From positions 3,385 to 67,384 of the forward strand of contig JAQUSD010000002.1 of the NCBI GenBank assembly GCA_028715295.1: a DNA stretch of 64,000 nt, in the 5' to 3' direction. Below, one piece after another: positions 38,324 to 47,882 of the stretch (its first letter is position 1; each line of letters starts with the position of its first letter). Both the position numbers and the translations under genes were made by a program. The DNA comes from Candidatus Nanoarchaeia archaeon (GTDB lineage: Archaea > Nanobdellota > Nanobdellia > JAQUSD01). A model generated the notes under the pieces. It did not search any database, had not been told where the DNA came from, and saw only the letters and a list, made by a program, of their open reading frames with translations.

Positions 38324-38677
38324 TTATCCCCTTCCATTGTTTTTTAGGAAGTCTTTCATATAACTTATCATATGTTCAATTTTACTAATAATTATCTTTA
38401 AGGTATTTATTTCACTTGAAAAAGCAATCTGTAACTGTATATCTTTTGTTCTCCTTCTTTGATTGTCTACATCTTTCTGTTTTGAATTTGCATGTTCCTT
38501 AAGTGAAATGAGCTGCTTTACCCTATGTTCAGTTCTGTCAAGAACATCTTTTCTTTTTATAGCATCCTCATTTGTTGGCTGGTTATGTCTGTAAAAGGCA
38601 CTAATATCAGTATTATCATCTATTGCTATTTTTTCCACTTGACTAAGATATTCTAATAAATAAGACTGTTCTGCCAT
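38324..38677 (-). CDS. Hypothetical coiled-coil protein
   Basis: 117-aa ATG ORF. Confidence 0.55.
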   Translation of the reverse strand: MAEQSYLLEYLSQVEKIAIDDNTDISAFYRHNQPTNEDAIKRKDVLDRTEHRVKQLISLKEHANSKQKDVDNQRRRTKDIQLQIAFSSEINTLKIIISKIEHMISYMKDFLKNNGRG

Positions 38678-38700
38678 TGTTAGGATTACTTATCAAATAT

Positions 38701-39213
38701 TTATATAGTTTTCTTTAAATAAGATCTGTCTTCAATTATTGCTGAATTCATTTTCCCAAAAATATATGACATAAAAGTTTTAAAATCAGGAATATCTTCT
38801 CTGCTGAAAATTTCTTCAGTAAACTCACGCATCCATAAAGGCACATAATCTTCTCCAAGCCAAACTGTCTCTTCACAGTAATTTCTAAATTCAACAACCC
38901 ATGCATCAAGTTCATGACCTATTTCTGCTGTTGCAATAGAATACTTTGCTAAATCCAACTCAAGAGAAATATCCAGTAAATCATCATTTGTTTTTTCTTC
39001 TAAAGAAGCTCTCTTTAAGTTCTTTAAACATTCAGGCATGGCGTGTTTAATTAAATCCAAGAGTTCATATATATCCTTTTGGAATCTTCTTTCGTATGAC
39101 GTAAATTCAAGCGTTTTATTGAGATCTGCATAATTAATTTTGTTCATAACAATGAAAACACAATTTAATTGGCTTTTAAATGTTTCCATTTGAGAAATTA
39201 AAGGTTCTGCCAT
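38701..39213 (-). CDS. Hypothetical protein
   Basis: 170-aa ORF overlapping the dph2 stop. Confidence 0.6.
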   Translation of the reverse strand: MAEPLISQMETFKSQLNCVFIVMNKINYADLNKTLEFTSYERRFQKDIYELLDLIKHAMPECLKNLKRASLEEKTNDDLLDISLELDLAKYSIATAEIGHELDAWVVEFRNYCEETVWLGEDYVPLWMREFTEEIFSREDIPDFKTFMSYIFGKMNSAIIEDRSYLKKTI

Positions 39214-39896
39214 TCAATTTCATCGTAATTTAGTATACTCTGTCTGAATCTGAAGGCATCTTCCAAAGCCATTCTTGGACATGCTGTATTAACCCATGAT
39301 TCCACATCAGGAAAATTAATCAAAGAGTCTATCTGAAGTTCGTCAAAAACAAAAATAAATGCCTTTTTTCCTTTTTTTTCAAATTTATTTTTTGTCTCAA
39401 CTGCCACATCTGGATTATACTGTCCTGGTTTTATTGAAACTAGAATCCCTATTTTATCAGAGTGCTTTAACTTGTCAAAAGCAAGAGCTTTTCTCATTCT
39501 ATAAATTTTAATATTTTCATCCGTGATTTTTTTAATTTCATAAGTTTTTGGATTAAACGCAAGAACTGGTGTGTCTGATTCCATCATCACTGCTATGGGA
39601 TGAAACATACCATCTCCAATATAAATCACAACATCTGCTTTGTTTTTTAAAGCAGCTTCTGCATCACAACCAAGAACCTGTCCTTTATACTTAGCATGTT
39701 TTAAGGACTTTGAAACAATGACTTTTTTGTTGTTTTCTTTTAAAAAATCTTCTATTAAACCGATAATATCAAGATACTGTACTGTTGAAACAATGGTTAC
39801 AGATTCATAATTTTTAATCTCCTTAAGAATGTTTTCCTTAGCATCTTCCCTGAAAACCCAGTCTTTAAGCCTGCACTCAACAAACAAAACTTCCAT
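39198..39896 (-). CDS. dph2: Diphthamide synthesis protein Dph2, short form
   Basis: STVQY, GQVLGC, GDGMFH, SIKPGQ, NTACPR; start at ATG 39896. Confidence 0.88.
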   Translation of the reverse strand: MEVLFVECRLKDWVFREDAKENILKEIKNYESVTIVSTVQYLDIIGLIEDFLKENNKKVIVSKSLKHAKYKGQVLGCDAEAALKNKADVVIYIGDGMFHPIAVMMESDTPVLAFNPKTYEIKKITDENIKIYRMRKALAFDKLKHSDKIGILVSIKPGQYNPDVAVETKNKFEKKGKKAFIFVFDELQIDSLINFPDVESWVNTACPRMALEDAFRFRQSILNYDEIEWQNL

Positions 39897-39999
39897 TTTC
39901 CATATTAATAAACAGCCATTATTAAAAACGTTTTCAATACTACAAAACAATGCTTTCAAAAGCAAAAACATATTAAAAACAGGATAAATTTCTTTTATT

Positions 40000-41586
40000 A
40001 TGGAGCACGCAGAATATTTAGCTGAACTGCTTGACAAGCCCCATGAAGAATGTGGGGTTGTAGGCGTAATTCTTGATAATAATTCTGCTTCTGAAAAATT
40101 ATATCTTGGCATGCAGGGTGTCCAGCACAGGGGGGAACTTGGTGCAGGCATGTCAGTTTCAAACGGCAATGAAATAAATACTTACAAAGATGTTGGGTTA
40201 GTTACTGATATTTTCCAGCCTAAAAAACTTGAGGAAATGATAGGTTATTCAGGCATAGGACACACAAGATATGCAACAACTGCAACGGGCAGGGAAAGCA
40301 GTAAAAAGGATGCTGTAAAAAAACTCCATCCTTTTGAAGGAAAAATAAAAGGGCAGAATCCTTTTGGAAGCGGAAGAAAAAAACTGTTCTCAGTTGCATT
40401 TAACGGCACAATCACTAATTACACAAAGCTTAGAAAAGAACTGAAAAAGTATGGTTTTGAAACAGATACTGACACTGAAGTTATAAAATGCCTTATCGAA
40501 GAGGGGTATGATATTTCAAAAGATATTCTTGATTCGCTTGCTTATGCATATATGAAACTTGAAGGGGCATATTCAATTGTTCTTGTTGACAGAGAAGGAA
40601 ATCTGTACGCTATGAAGGATGGACATGGATTCAAACCATTATGTATTGGTGAAATAAGCAATAAAGAAGAAAAAGGTTATATATTCGCTTCTGAAAGCAG
40701 AGCTGTTGATTTTCTAGATGCAAAATTGATAAGGGAAATTGAACCAGGTGAAATAGTTAAGATAACTAAAAATATGGAGGTTAAGTCATCTTATATGATT
40801 AAGAAAAAAAAATCCTTATGTTTTTTTGAATATGTTTATTTCGCATCTCCTGATTCAGTTATCGAAGGAGTCAATGTAAACAATGTTAGAGTGAGACTTG
40901 GAAAGAATTTATGGAAAGAAATGCCTATGGACATTGAAACTGGTGAAAAAGATAAGAACTGGAGGGTTATCCCAGTTCCTGACTCAGGACGTTCCTCTGC
41001 ATCAGGTTATGCGGGTGAGGGAAAATTGAAAAAAAGAGAAGGTTTAATGAGAAATAGATATTATCCAAAAAGAACATTCATAAATGGAAACCCTGATGAA
41101 AGAAAAAATGCTGCTAAATCAAAATCACAAAAATACAATGTTATCAAAGAAGTGGTTGAAGGCAAGGATGTTATTCTTGTTGATGATTCTATAGTAAGAG
41201 GTAATACTATGCATAATATAATAAACAGAATAAAAGATGCTGGTGCGAATAGCGTTCACCTTAAAATAAGCTGTCCTCCAATAAGACATCCCTGTTACAT
41301 GGGTATTGATTTTCCAACACATGAACAGCTCATTGCAAATAATCCAAAAGTAATTGGAGAAGGAAATCCTATTCAGATATACGAAAAAGATGTTGATGAA
41401 ATTTGCAGTGAAATTGGTGCTGATTCTCTGCAATACATTTCACTTGAAGGGCTTCTGAACGCAATAAAAGGAGATGTAAGGGAAATATCTGATTGCAGTT
41501 TATGCCTGGCTTGCTTGACAGGGGAATATCCCTGTAAAATTGAAAATGAACTTCTTGATAAAGTTGAGTATGTAAAAAAGGAATGA
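40000..41586 (+). CDS. purF: Amidophosphoribosyltransferase
   Basis: Propeptide EE|CG, QHRG, GHTRY, FEYVYF, PVPDSG, VDDSIVRG, CYMGID, CLAC. Confidence 0.96.
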   Translation: MEHAEYLAELLDKPHEECGVVGVILDNNSASEKLYLGMQGVQHRGELGAGMSVSNGNEINTYKDVGLVTDIFQPKKLEEMIGYSGIGHTRYATTATGRESSKKDAVKKLHPFEGKIKGQNPFGSGRKKLFSVAFNGTITNYTKLRKELKKYGFETDTDTEVIKCLIEEGYDISKDILDSLAYAYMKLEGAYSIVLVDREGNLYAMKDGHGFKPLCIGEISNKEEKGYIFASESRAVDFLDAKLIREIEPGEIVKITKNMEVKSSYMIKKKKSLCFFEYVYFASPDSVIEGVNVNNVRVRLGKNLWKEMPMDIETGEKDKNWRVIPVPDSGRSSASGYAGEGKLKKREGLMRNRYYPKRTFINGNPDERKNAAKSKSQKYNVIKEVVEGKDVILVDDSIVRGNTMHNIINRIKDAGANSVHLKISCPPIRHPCYMGIDFPTHEQLIANNPKVIGEGNPIQIYEKDVDEICSEIGADSLQYISLEGLLNAIKGDVREISDCSLCLACLTGEYPCKIENELLDKVEYVKKE

Positions 41587-41616
41587 TTTATAATCAATTA
41601 GATTTTTGATACTATT

Positions 41617-42369
41617 ATGGTTTGGAAATTAATCATGTCAAAGGACGGAAGGACATATACATATAATACTGATGAGATCAAAAAGGATTTTCATACTGAT
41701 TTTGGGGTTATTACAAAAAAAGATATGATTAATGCAAAGTTTGGTAGAAAAATAAAAACGCACAAGGGTGTTGAATTCAGTGTGATTGAGCCCACTATTA
41801 AAGATTTACTTGCAAGGTTCAAAAGAGGACCTCAGATAGTTACATTTAAAGACTCTGCAATAATTGCAGCATATACAGGGCTTAAGCCAGGTATGAAAGT
41901 GGTTGACGGAGGTGCTGGTTCTGGTGTTCTTGCTTCTTTTCTTGGGAATCTTGTAAGCCCTAACGGCAAGGTAATAACTTATGAAATAAGAGAAGATTTT
42001 TCTAAAATTGCAAAACATAATGTAAAAATAGCAGGACTAGAGAGGATTGTTAAAGTTAAGAATAAAGACATGTCAAAGGGAATTGATGAAAAAAATGTTG
42101 ATTTAGTAACAGTTGATGTTAAATCTCCGTGGGAAATTGTTGAACCTGCGAAGAAAGCCCTAAAAGTAGGGGGTTTTCTTGTTGCTTATATACCTACTGT
42201 TCTTCAGGTTGATGACTTTGTAAGAGAAGTAAATAAACATAAGGAATTGAAATATCTCAGGACAATTGAAATAATAGAGCGGGGCTGGAAGATTGAAGAA
42301 AGGGTTCTTCGCCCAATGAGCCAGATGCTTGCACACACCGGGTTTCTTATTTTTGTAAGAAAGTTATAG
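41617..42369 (+). CDS. trmI: tRNA (adenine-N1)-methyltransferase TrmI
   Basis: RGPQI..KD, GAGSG, YEIRE, HTGFL. Confidence 0.93.
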   Translation: MVWKLIMSKDGRTYTYNTDEIKKDFHTDFGVITKKDMINAKFGRKIKTHKGVEFSVIEPTIKDLLARFKRGPQIVTFKDSAIIAAYTGLKPGMKVVDGGAGSGVLASFLGNLVSPNGKVITYEIREDFSKIAKHNVKIAGLERIVKVKNKDMSKGIDEKNVDLVTVDVKSPWEIVEPAKKALKVGGFLVAYIPTVLQVDDFVREVNKHKELKYLRTIEIIERGWKIEERVLRPMSQMLAHTGFLIFVRKL

Positions 42370-42681
42370 CTGTTCTGTGTGATAATTTTTTAAATGAGTG
42401 TAATCTGATGGTACTGCCACTACCATTTCATGGGGTGATATAATCCTTAGTTCAGTGCGTTCATTTGCAAAAGCAATAATTTCAACATTATTCAAGTCAA
42501 GAACAAAGTAATTGAAATGGAGATTGTTTTCAATGAGATATTCATGCACATGTGCTGTAATCTGTTCAATGTCATCTGCATCCAATGGTTTTCCTTTCTT
42601 GATGTTGTTGAGCATAATCTCTTTTTCTCTTGCAGGTATTTCAGGCTGTGTTAATTTATCAAGAACCTCATTAATAGACAT
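42364..42681 (-). CDS. Hypothetical protein
   Basis: 105-aa ATG ORF divergent from radA. Confidence 0.55.
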   Translation of the reverse strand: MSINEVLDKLTQPEIPAREKEIMLNNIKKGKPLDADDIEQITAHVHEYLIENNLHFNYFVLDLNNVEIIAFANERTELRIISPHEMVVAVPSDYTHLKNYHTEQL

Positions 42682-42778
42682 ACTTAAAAATTAGGACTTA
42701 AAACTTAAAATATTATCGGACAGACATGTCATTTACCCAATGGGCTTATAAATATTTACTTGTTAATCTGTCCTGAAC

Positions 42779-44050
42779 ATGACAAAAAAAATAAATCTTT
42801 CAGAAGAAGACAAGCTGATATTTGGTGATGCAGCTGCATTCTTATCAAGAAAAATAGATGAGGGTATTGTTAACCTTGAAAAAGAGGATGTTATTGAGTT
42901 TATTGATATGATTAATGAAATGTATAAAGTAGATTTAAAAGAAGAGATTAAAACAAATGAGAACATATCTTATCTTTTAAATGAATTATTCAAACTTGGC
43001 AATGAAGAAGCGATTGTGCAGATAGACGAACTTCTTTATGAAGAAACTGATAAGAAGAAAAAAGAAGAAAAAAGTGAAGTCGTTGCATTCGCAGGAGATT
43101 CCATATGTACTGTGAGTATAGACCAGATTCCGGGCGTGGGTGAAAAAACAGCTGAAAAGTTAAGGGATGCAGGTTACCATGATTTAATGGCTCTCGCAAC
43201 AGCACCAGTAAGTTTTCTTGTTGATGAATGCGGACTTGGGGAAGCAACTGCAAGGAAAATTATTCAGGAAGCTAGAGGAAAACTTAACATGGGTTTTGGG
43301 ACAGCAATGGATTTGCTGAAAAAGAGAGAAGCAGTAGGTTATATAACTACATGTTCTAAAGCGCTTGATGATTTGCTTGGAGGCAAGGGTGTTGAAACCC
43401 AGTCAATAACAGAAGCAGCTGCTTCATTTGGAAGTGGTAAAACACAACTGGGATTGCAACTTGCCGTTAATGTTACAATGCCTAAGGAAAGAGGGGGATT
43501 GGATGGCATTGCAGTTTACATTGACAATGAAAATACTTTCAGACCTGAAAGAATTGTCCAGATTGCAAAAGCACTAAAGATAGATGCAAAATCAGCACTT
43601 GAAAACATAAAAGTTGCAAGAGCATATTCTTCTGACCACCAGATGCTTCTTGTTGAGAAGATACCTGACCTTATTGAAAAAGAAAAGCTAAATGTTAAAT
43701 TAATAATTATAGACTCCTTAACAGGACTTTTTAGAGCAGAGTATATGGGGAGGGGGCATCTTGCTGATAGACAGCAGAAGCTGAATAAACATCTTCATGA
43801 CTTGCAGAGAATGGCTGACAGGTATAATCTTGCAATTTTTGTTACAAACCAAGTTATGTCAAGACCTGATGTTTTCTTTGGTAACCCTGAGGCAGCAATC
43901 GGCGGTAATATAGTAGCACACGCTTCAACATTCAGGATGATTTTTAGAAAATCCAGAGGGGATAAAAGAGTTGCAAAACTTATAGATTCACCAAACCTTC
44001 CGGACGGAGAAGCTGTTTTCAGAGTGTGTGAAGAAGGGATTAGGGATTAA
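42779..44050 (+). CDS. radA: DNA recombinase RadA with acidic N-terminal extension
   Basis: IPGVG HhH domain, GSGKTQ, YIDNENTFRPERI, IIDSL, LADRQQKL, IDSPNLPDGE. Confidence 0.97.
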   Translation: MTKKINLSEEDKLIFGDAAAFLSRKIDEGIVNLEKEDVIEFIDMINEMYKVDLKEEIKTNENISYLLNELFKLGNEEAIVQIDELLYEETDKKKKEEKSEVVAFAGDSICTVSIDQIPGVGEKTAEKLRDAGYHDLMALATAPVSFLVDECGLGEATARKIIQEARGKLNMGFGTAMDLLKKREAVGYITTCSKALDDLLGGKGVETQSITEAAASFGSGKTQLGLQLAVNVTMPKERGGLDGIAVYIDNENTFRPERIVQIAKALKIDAKSALENIKVARAYSSDHQMLLVEKIPDLIEKEKLNVKLIIIDSLTGLFRAEYMGRGHLADRQQKLNKHLHDLQRMADRYNLAIFVTNQVMSRPDVFFGNPEAAIGGNIVAHASTFRMIFRKSRGDKRVAKLIDSPNLPDGEAVFRVCEEGIRD

Positions 44051-44108
44051 CGCCTCCTCAGTAAAATAATGTAATTTAAATAATTTTGCCTGCATTAAAG
44101 ATAACTGT

Positions 44109-45989
44109 ATGAAGGTGGAAAAAAGTGAATCTAAGAATGTTGCCTATAAAACAACATTAGATAAAACAAGATACACTGAACTTCAAGAACATGAGAAATT
44201 AAGAGAGGATTTCTTAGGTGAAAAGGCTGTTGAAGGGTACAATTCATCAAAAGATGTTATTGCATCTATAAGAAACATAGGTGAATGCCTGAGAGATATA
44301 CATAAAAAAACTTTTGAAAAAGAAAAAGATATTGGACTTGAAGATAAATTATCAACAGCAAAGCGTGTTGTTATGACTATTTTAAAGGATGACAGATATG
44401 AGGAAGTAGGTAATTTTAAAGAATACTGTAATGCATTAAGAAGGATTGGTGATATTTTAGACACTTACAAAGAAGATGTTCTTGAAATTGTCAAAGTGCA
44501 GAAAAAAGAAAACGGTGATTCGTTTAATCTTGCAAAATGTGTTGCAACTCCTGATGAGTGGTGGACGCTGGAAAATTTTCTAAGGGGGGAACTTATTGGA
44601 GAACAGATAAGGGGTGTTATCGAAGAGCTTATTGATACATATAACAAACTTTACAGAAAAGTAAGTAATTTTTTTGAAAAGGAATGGTTTTTTAAAAAAA
44701 TAACAAATGTGTGGGAAGAGTATGTTCTTCTTTCAGTAATAAAGGAGATAGACTTAGGAGATGCTGAAAATACTGGTGGTGAAGTGAGCAGTTCTGAATT
44801 TGCAAATATCAAGGAGTATATGCACAATGCAAAAATTCTCGCAGGAGAAGATTCAAATCCAGAAAATATGATAAATAAATTTATTGATTTTGTAAGATCT
44901 GTCAAAGATGGTCTTTCTGAACCTATTGAAGATTTCAGAAAAAAATTATATGCCCACAACGGCTGTGAGGGCAATTACAATAAAACAGAGGATTTCACTA
45001 TTGATGAAATTGTTGAATTAGATGAAATAGAATATGGATCCAAAATAAAAAAAGAAGTAAAAGGACTTGAAAGAGAAGTTGAAGAAAGACGGCATGCTCT
45101 TGTCAAGGAGATAATAAAAAAAGACTGGAGCAATGATGAGTGTATAAAAAAAATGATCAAATTTAGGGTTGAGACAACGCCGTGGAGAATATACCCGGTT
45201 TTGGATGTTGGTGCTTCATTTGGAAGAGCTTTTCTTGTTGCATATAAAGGAGATTCTGTAAATACGGAGTGGGATGACTTAATTGGTATAGATAATGTAA
45301 AAGAAGAGCTGGAGAGATATATCCCTCTATTCATGTCAGGAACAACACAAAGAAAGACATTACTACTTCACGGCCCTCCTGGAACAGGGAAAACATCAGG
45401 TATGTCCGCAGCTGCTAAAAAATACGGTTTTAAGGTGGTAAACGTAAAATCCGCTGACATGATATGGAATGCTGTGGATATGGTAAGCCAGCTCGATGGA
45501 CATTTTATAATTCTTCTTGATGATATGCCTGACTTAGACGAATCAACCCAGTACCAGGCGCAACAGGAATTCCAAAGTTTATTAACCTCAGCAGGGGGTA
45601 TCAAGGAAATACCTGAGAATGTTGCAATTGCAATAGCACTGAACATTAAAAAAGATAAAGGATTAAGCAGAAAGCTCCTCAGAAGATTTGCACTTAAGCT
45701 TGAATTTCCAAGTCCAACAGAAGAAGATATAAAAAAGATTTACAAACATTACTTTAAAAAATATGGATATCTCAACTTTAAAGATGGTTTTGTAGGTATT
45801 ATTGAAAATGAAAAAATTAATATGCGTGAACTTGCGAACGTTTCAAAAGAACTTCTACCTGCAGAAATAAAAACAATAGTTGACAGCATTGTTGAGAATG
45901 AATTCAGTACACAAAAAGAAATGGTGGACTACATAAAACGTGAAAATGATAATATCCAGACAACTGCTGAAAAAACAATGTATGGCTAA
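44109..45989 (+). CDS. AAA+ ATPase with long helical N-terminal region
   Basis: WDDLIG, GPPGTGKT Walker A, IILLDD Walker B, LLRRF arginine finger. Confidence 0.85.
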   Translation: MKVEKSESKNVAYKTTLDKTRYTELQEHEKLREDFLGEKAVEGYNSSKDVIASIRNIGECLRDIHKKTFEKEKDIGLEDKLSTAKRVVMTILKDDRYEEVGNFKEYCNALRRIGDILDTYKEDVLEIVKVQKKENGDSFNLAKCVATPDEWWTLENFLRGELIGEQIRGVIEELIDTYNKLYRKVSNFFEKEWFFKKITNVWEEYVLLSVIKEIDLGDAENTGGEVSSSEFANIKEYMHNAKILAGEDSNPENMINKFIDFVRSVKDGLSEPIEDFRKKLYAHNGCEGNYNKTEDFTIDEIVELDEIEYGSKIKKEVKGLEREVEERRHALVKEIIKKDWSNDECIKKMIKFRVETTPWRIYPVLDVGASFGRAFLVAYKGDSVNTEWDDLIGIDNVKEELERYIPLFMSGTTQRKTLLLHGPPGTGKTSGMSAAAKKYGFKVVNVKSADMIWNAVDMVSQLDGHFIILLDDMPDLDESTQYQAQQEFQSLLTSAGGIKEIPENVAIAIALNIKKDKGLSRKLLRRFALKLEFPSPTEEDIKKIYKHYFKKYGYLNFKDGFVGIIENEKINMRELANVSKELLPAEIKTIVDSIVENEFSTQKEMVDYIKRENDNIQTTAEKTMYG

Positions 45990-46540
45990 ACAAAGCTTTT
46001 TTGTAGCAGCTTGTTCATTTTATTTACAATATCAAAATATTTCTCGTGTATCAAAAGTCTGTCATAATTTAAAAACTCATTAAGCATATTATTCTGTTCT
46101 TCTTCAGTAAAGTAATTTATGAAAGGAAAGAAAAACTGTTTGTCTTCTTTATCTATATGCATTGGATAAAATTTAACCAGTGCATTAAGTATGTCAATTA
46201 TATCCCTTATTGCCTGTCTGTCTTTGTTGAAATATCTCTCATTTGCTTCAACAAGCTGTTTAACCTTAAGTCTTGCAAATTTATGTTCTTTGATAAGCTG
46301 AACAACAACACCTTTGTGGACGTCTGCAATTTTCTTTTTTTGAAGAGCCTTAAAGAATATACCCTCTTCTTTGCCATGATGGCACTTATCTGTGTATGTC
46401 TGCATAAAATCAACAGATATCTCAATAAAAGCGGGGTGGATTTTATTTGTTTTTTCAATATATTGGAGTTCTTTTTTGAAAAGGGCAATTACCTTTTCAA
46501 TAATCCTGTGTTCCTGCATCAAAAGACTTATTGGCTTCAT
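45986..46540 (-). CDS. Hemerythrin-domain protein
   Basis: EH, HHGKEE, EH, HIDKED ligands. Confidence 0.92.
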   Translation of the reverse strand: MKPISLLMQEHRIIEKVIALFKKELQYIEKTNKIHPAFIEISVDFMQTYTDKCHHGKEEGIFFKALQKKKIADVHKGVVVQLIKEHKFARLKVKQLVEANERYFNKDRQAIRDIIDILNALVKFYPMHIDKEDKQFFFPFINYFTEEEQNNMLNEFLNYDRLLIHEKYFDIVNKMNKLLQKSFV

Positions 46541-46631
46541 TGTTAATTTAATATCACTTGTTATTTTTAACTTTACTGATTGTACTATATTTATGAACTA
46601 ATTTAAATATAAAAAACTCTTTATAATTTTT

Positions 46632-47519
46632 ATGACTTATGTTGATAAATTCAGAGCAGGCGAGATAATAAAGCTAAAGCAGTCTTGCAAAACATGGACT
46701 AGAAGAAAGTTTAAGATTGAAGTTCCCGCTCTTGTAGCTAAGGCAGAAACAATAACAAAAGCGCTCAGTGTTATAAAAGGGCTTAATGAAATTAAAAAAG
46801 GTGAAAATGTTCTTATTAAACCAAACATAAATTCAGATGACAAGTATCCTGGAACAACACGCCCAGAAGGATTAAAGGAATTAATAAGGTTAATCAAAAG
46901 AAAAGGCGCTCATGTTTCAGTTGGGGATATGAGCAGTGCTTTTTGGAGTCACACAAAAATATGCAGTGAAAAAACAGGAATTAGAAAAATATGCGCTGAA
47001 GAAAAAGTACCGCTTATATTTTTTGAAGACAGCAAATGGGTAAAAGTTGAACTTCCAAACACAAGCCTTGGGCACTGCTACATAACTGATGAACTCTGCA
47101 ATTATAAACATCTAGTTAATTTATGCGTTTTAAAAACACACCGGCTTGCTGATTTTACACTTAGCATGAAAAATCTGATGGGCATCCTGCATATGAGAAC
47201 AAGAATGAAAATGCATGCTTACAAACTTAAAGAAAGAATAGGTGAGTTCAATATGGCTGTAAATCCTGTAATAAACATTGTTGACGGAACAAAATGTTTT
47301 ATAGACGGGGGGCCTGATACAGGGGAATTAAGAAAATCCAATGTTGTTTTTGCTTCAAAAGACAGAATTGCTCTTGATGTAATGTGTATAAAGGAACTTC
47401 AAAATCTTGGCTCAAAAAGTCTTAAAGGATTAAATCCTTGGACTCATCCTCAGATATCCAGCGCTGTCAAGCATAAAATAGGTGTTGATATGGACTCAAA
47501 AATAAAGGTTATTGAATAA
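46632..47519 (+). CDS. DUF362 protein
   Basis: VLIKPN, TTRPE, LKTH, SMKNLMG, GGP, DRIALD. Confidence 0.88.
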   Translation: MTYVDKFRAGEIIKLKQSCKTWTRRKFKIEVPALVAKAETITKALSVIKGLNEIKKGENVLIKPNINSDDKYPGTTRPEGLKELIRLIKRKGAHVSVGDMSSAFWSHTKICSEKTGIRKICAEEKVPLIFFEDSKWVKVELPNTSLGHCYITDELCNYKHLVNLCVLKTHRLADFTLSMKNLMGILHMRTRMKMHAYKLKERIGEFNMAVNPVINIVDGTKCFIDGGPDTGELRKSNVVFASKDRIALDVMCIKELQNLGSKSLKGLNPWTHPQISSAVKHKIGVDMDSKIKVIE

Positions 47520-47558
47520 TCAACAATTTTAAATAAACAGCACTCCCTATTTTAATCC

Positions 47559-47882
47559 ATGGTTTTAAATGAACTGATGAATTTTGTCAGACAGTTCGAA
47601 ATTGAATCAGGCTTTGATAAAACCGAAGTTAAAGAACTTCTTGACATGCTTCAGAAAGAGGTTGACAATCTTAAAGGCGCTTCTGAAACAACAGGAAAAC
47701 CAGAACAGGAATATATTGAAAATAAAATGGTTGATATAGTTATACTTGTCCTCCAGATTGCAAACAGATACCACGGAAATCTAGATGGGGAATGGAAAAA
47801 ACACTGGGGGAGACAAGACAAATATAGAACTAAAAGATTAGAAAGCTGGAACCCTTTCCGGAAAAATAAAAAATCAGTTTAA
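47559..47882 (+). CDS. MazG-like all-alpha NTP pyrophosphatase-fold protein
   Basis: LQKEVD...KMVDIVILVLQIANRY pattern; acidic ligands partly degenerate. Confidence 0.55.
   Translation: MVLNELMNFVRQFEIESGFDKTEVKELLDMLQKEVDNLKGASETTGKPEQEYIENKMVDIVILVLQIANRYHGNLDGEWKKHWGRQDKYRTKRLESWNPFRKNKKSV

Noticed and set aside
39897-40169. Long N-terminal extension of Dph2 in the ORF track
   Set aside because: It is antisense to purF and crosses the divergent promoter; shadow frame
42779-44050. Intein in RadA
   Set aside because: The ATPase core is uninterrupted and the extra sequence is N-terminal with no C...HN splice motifs
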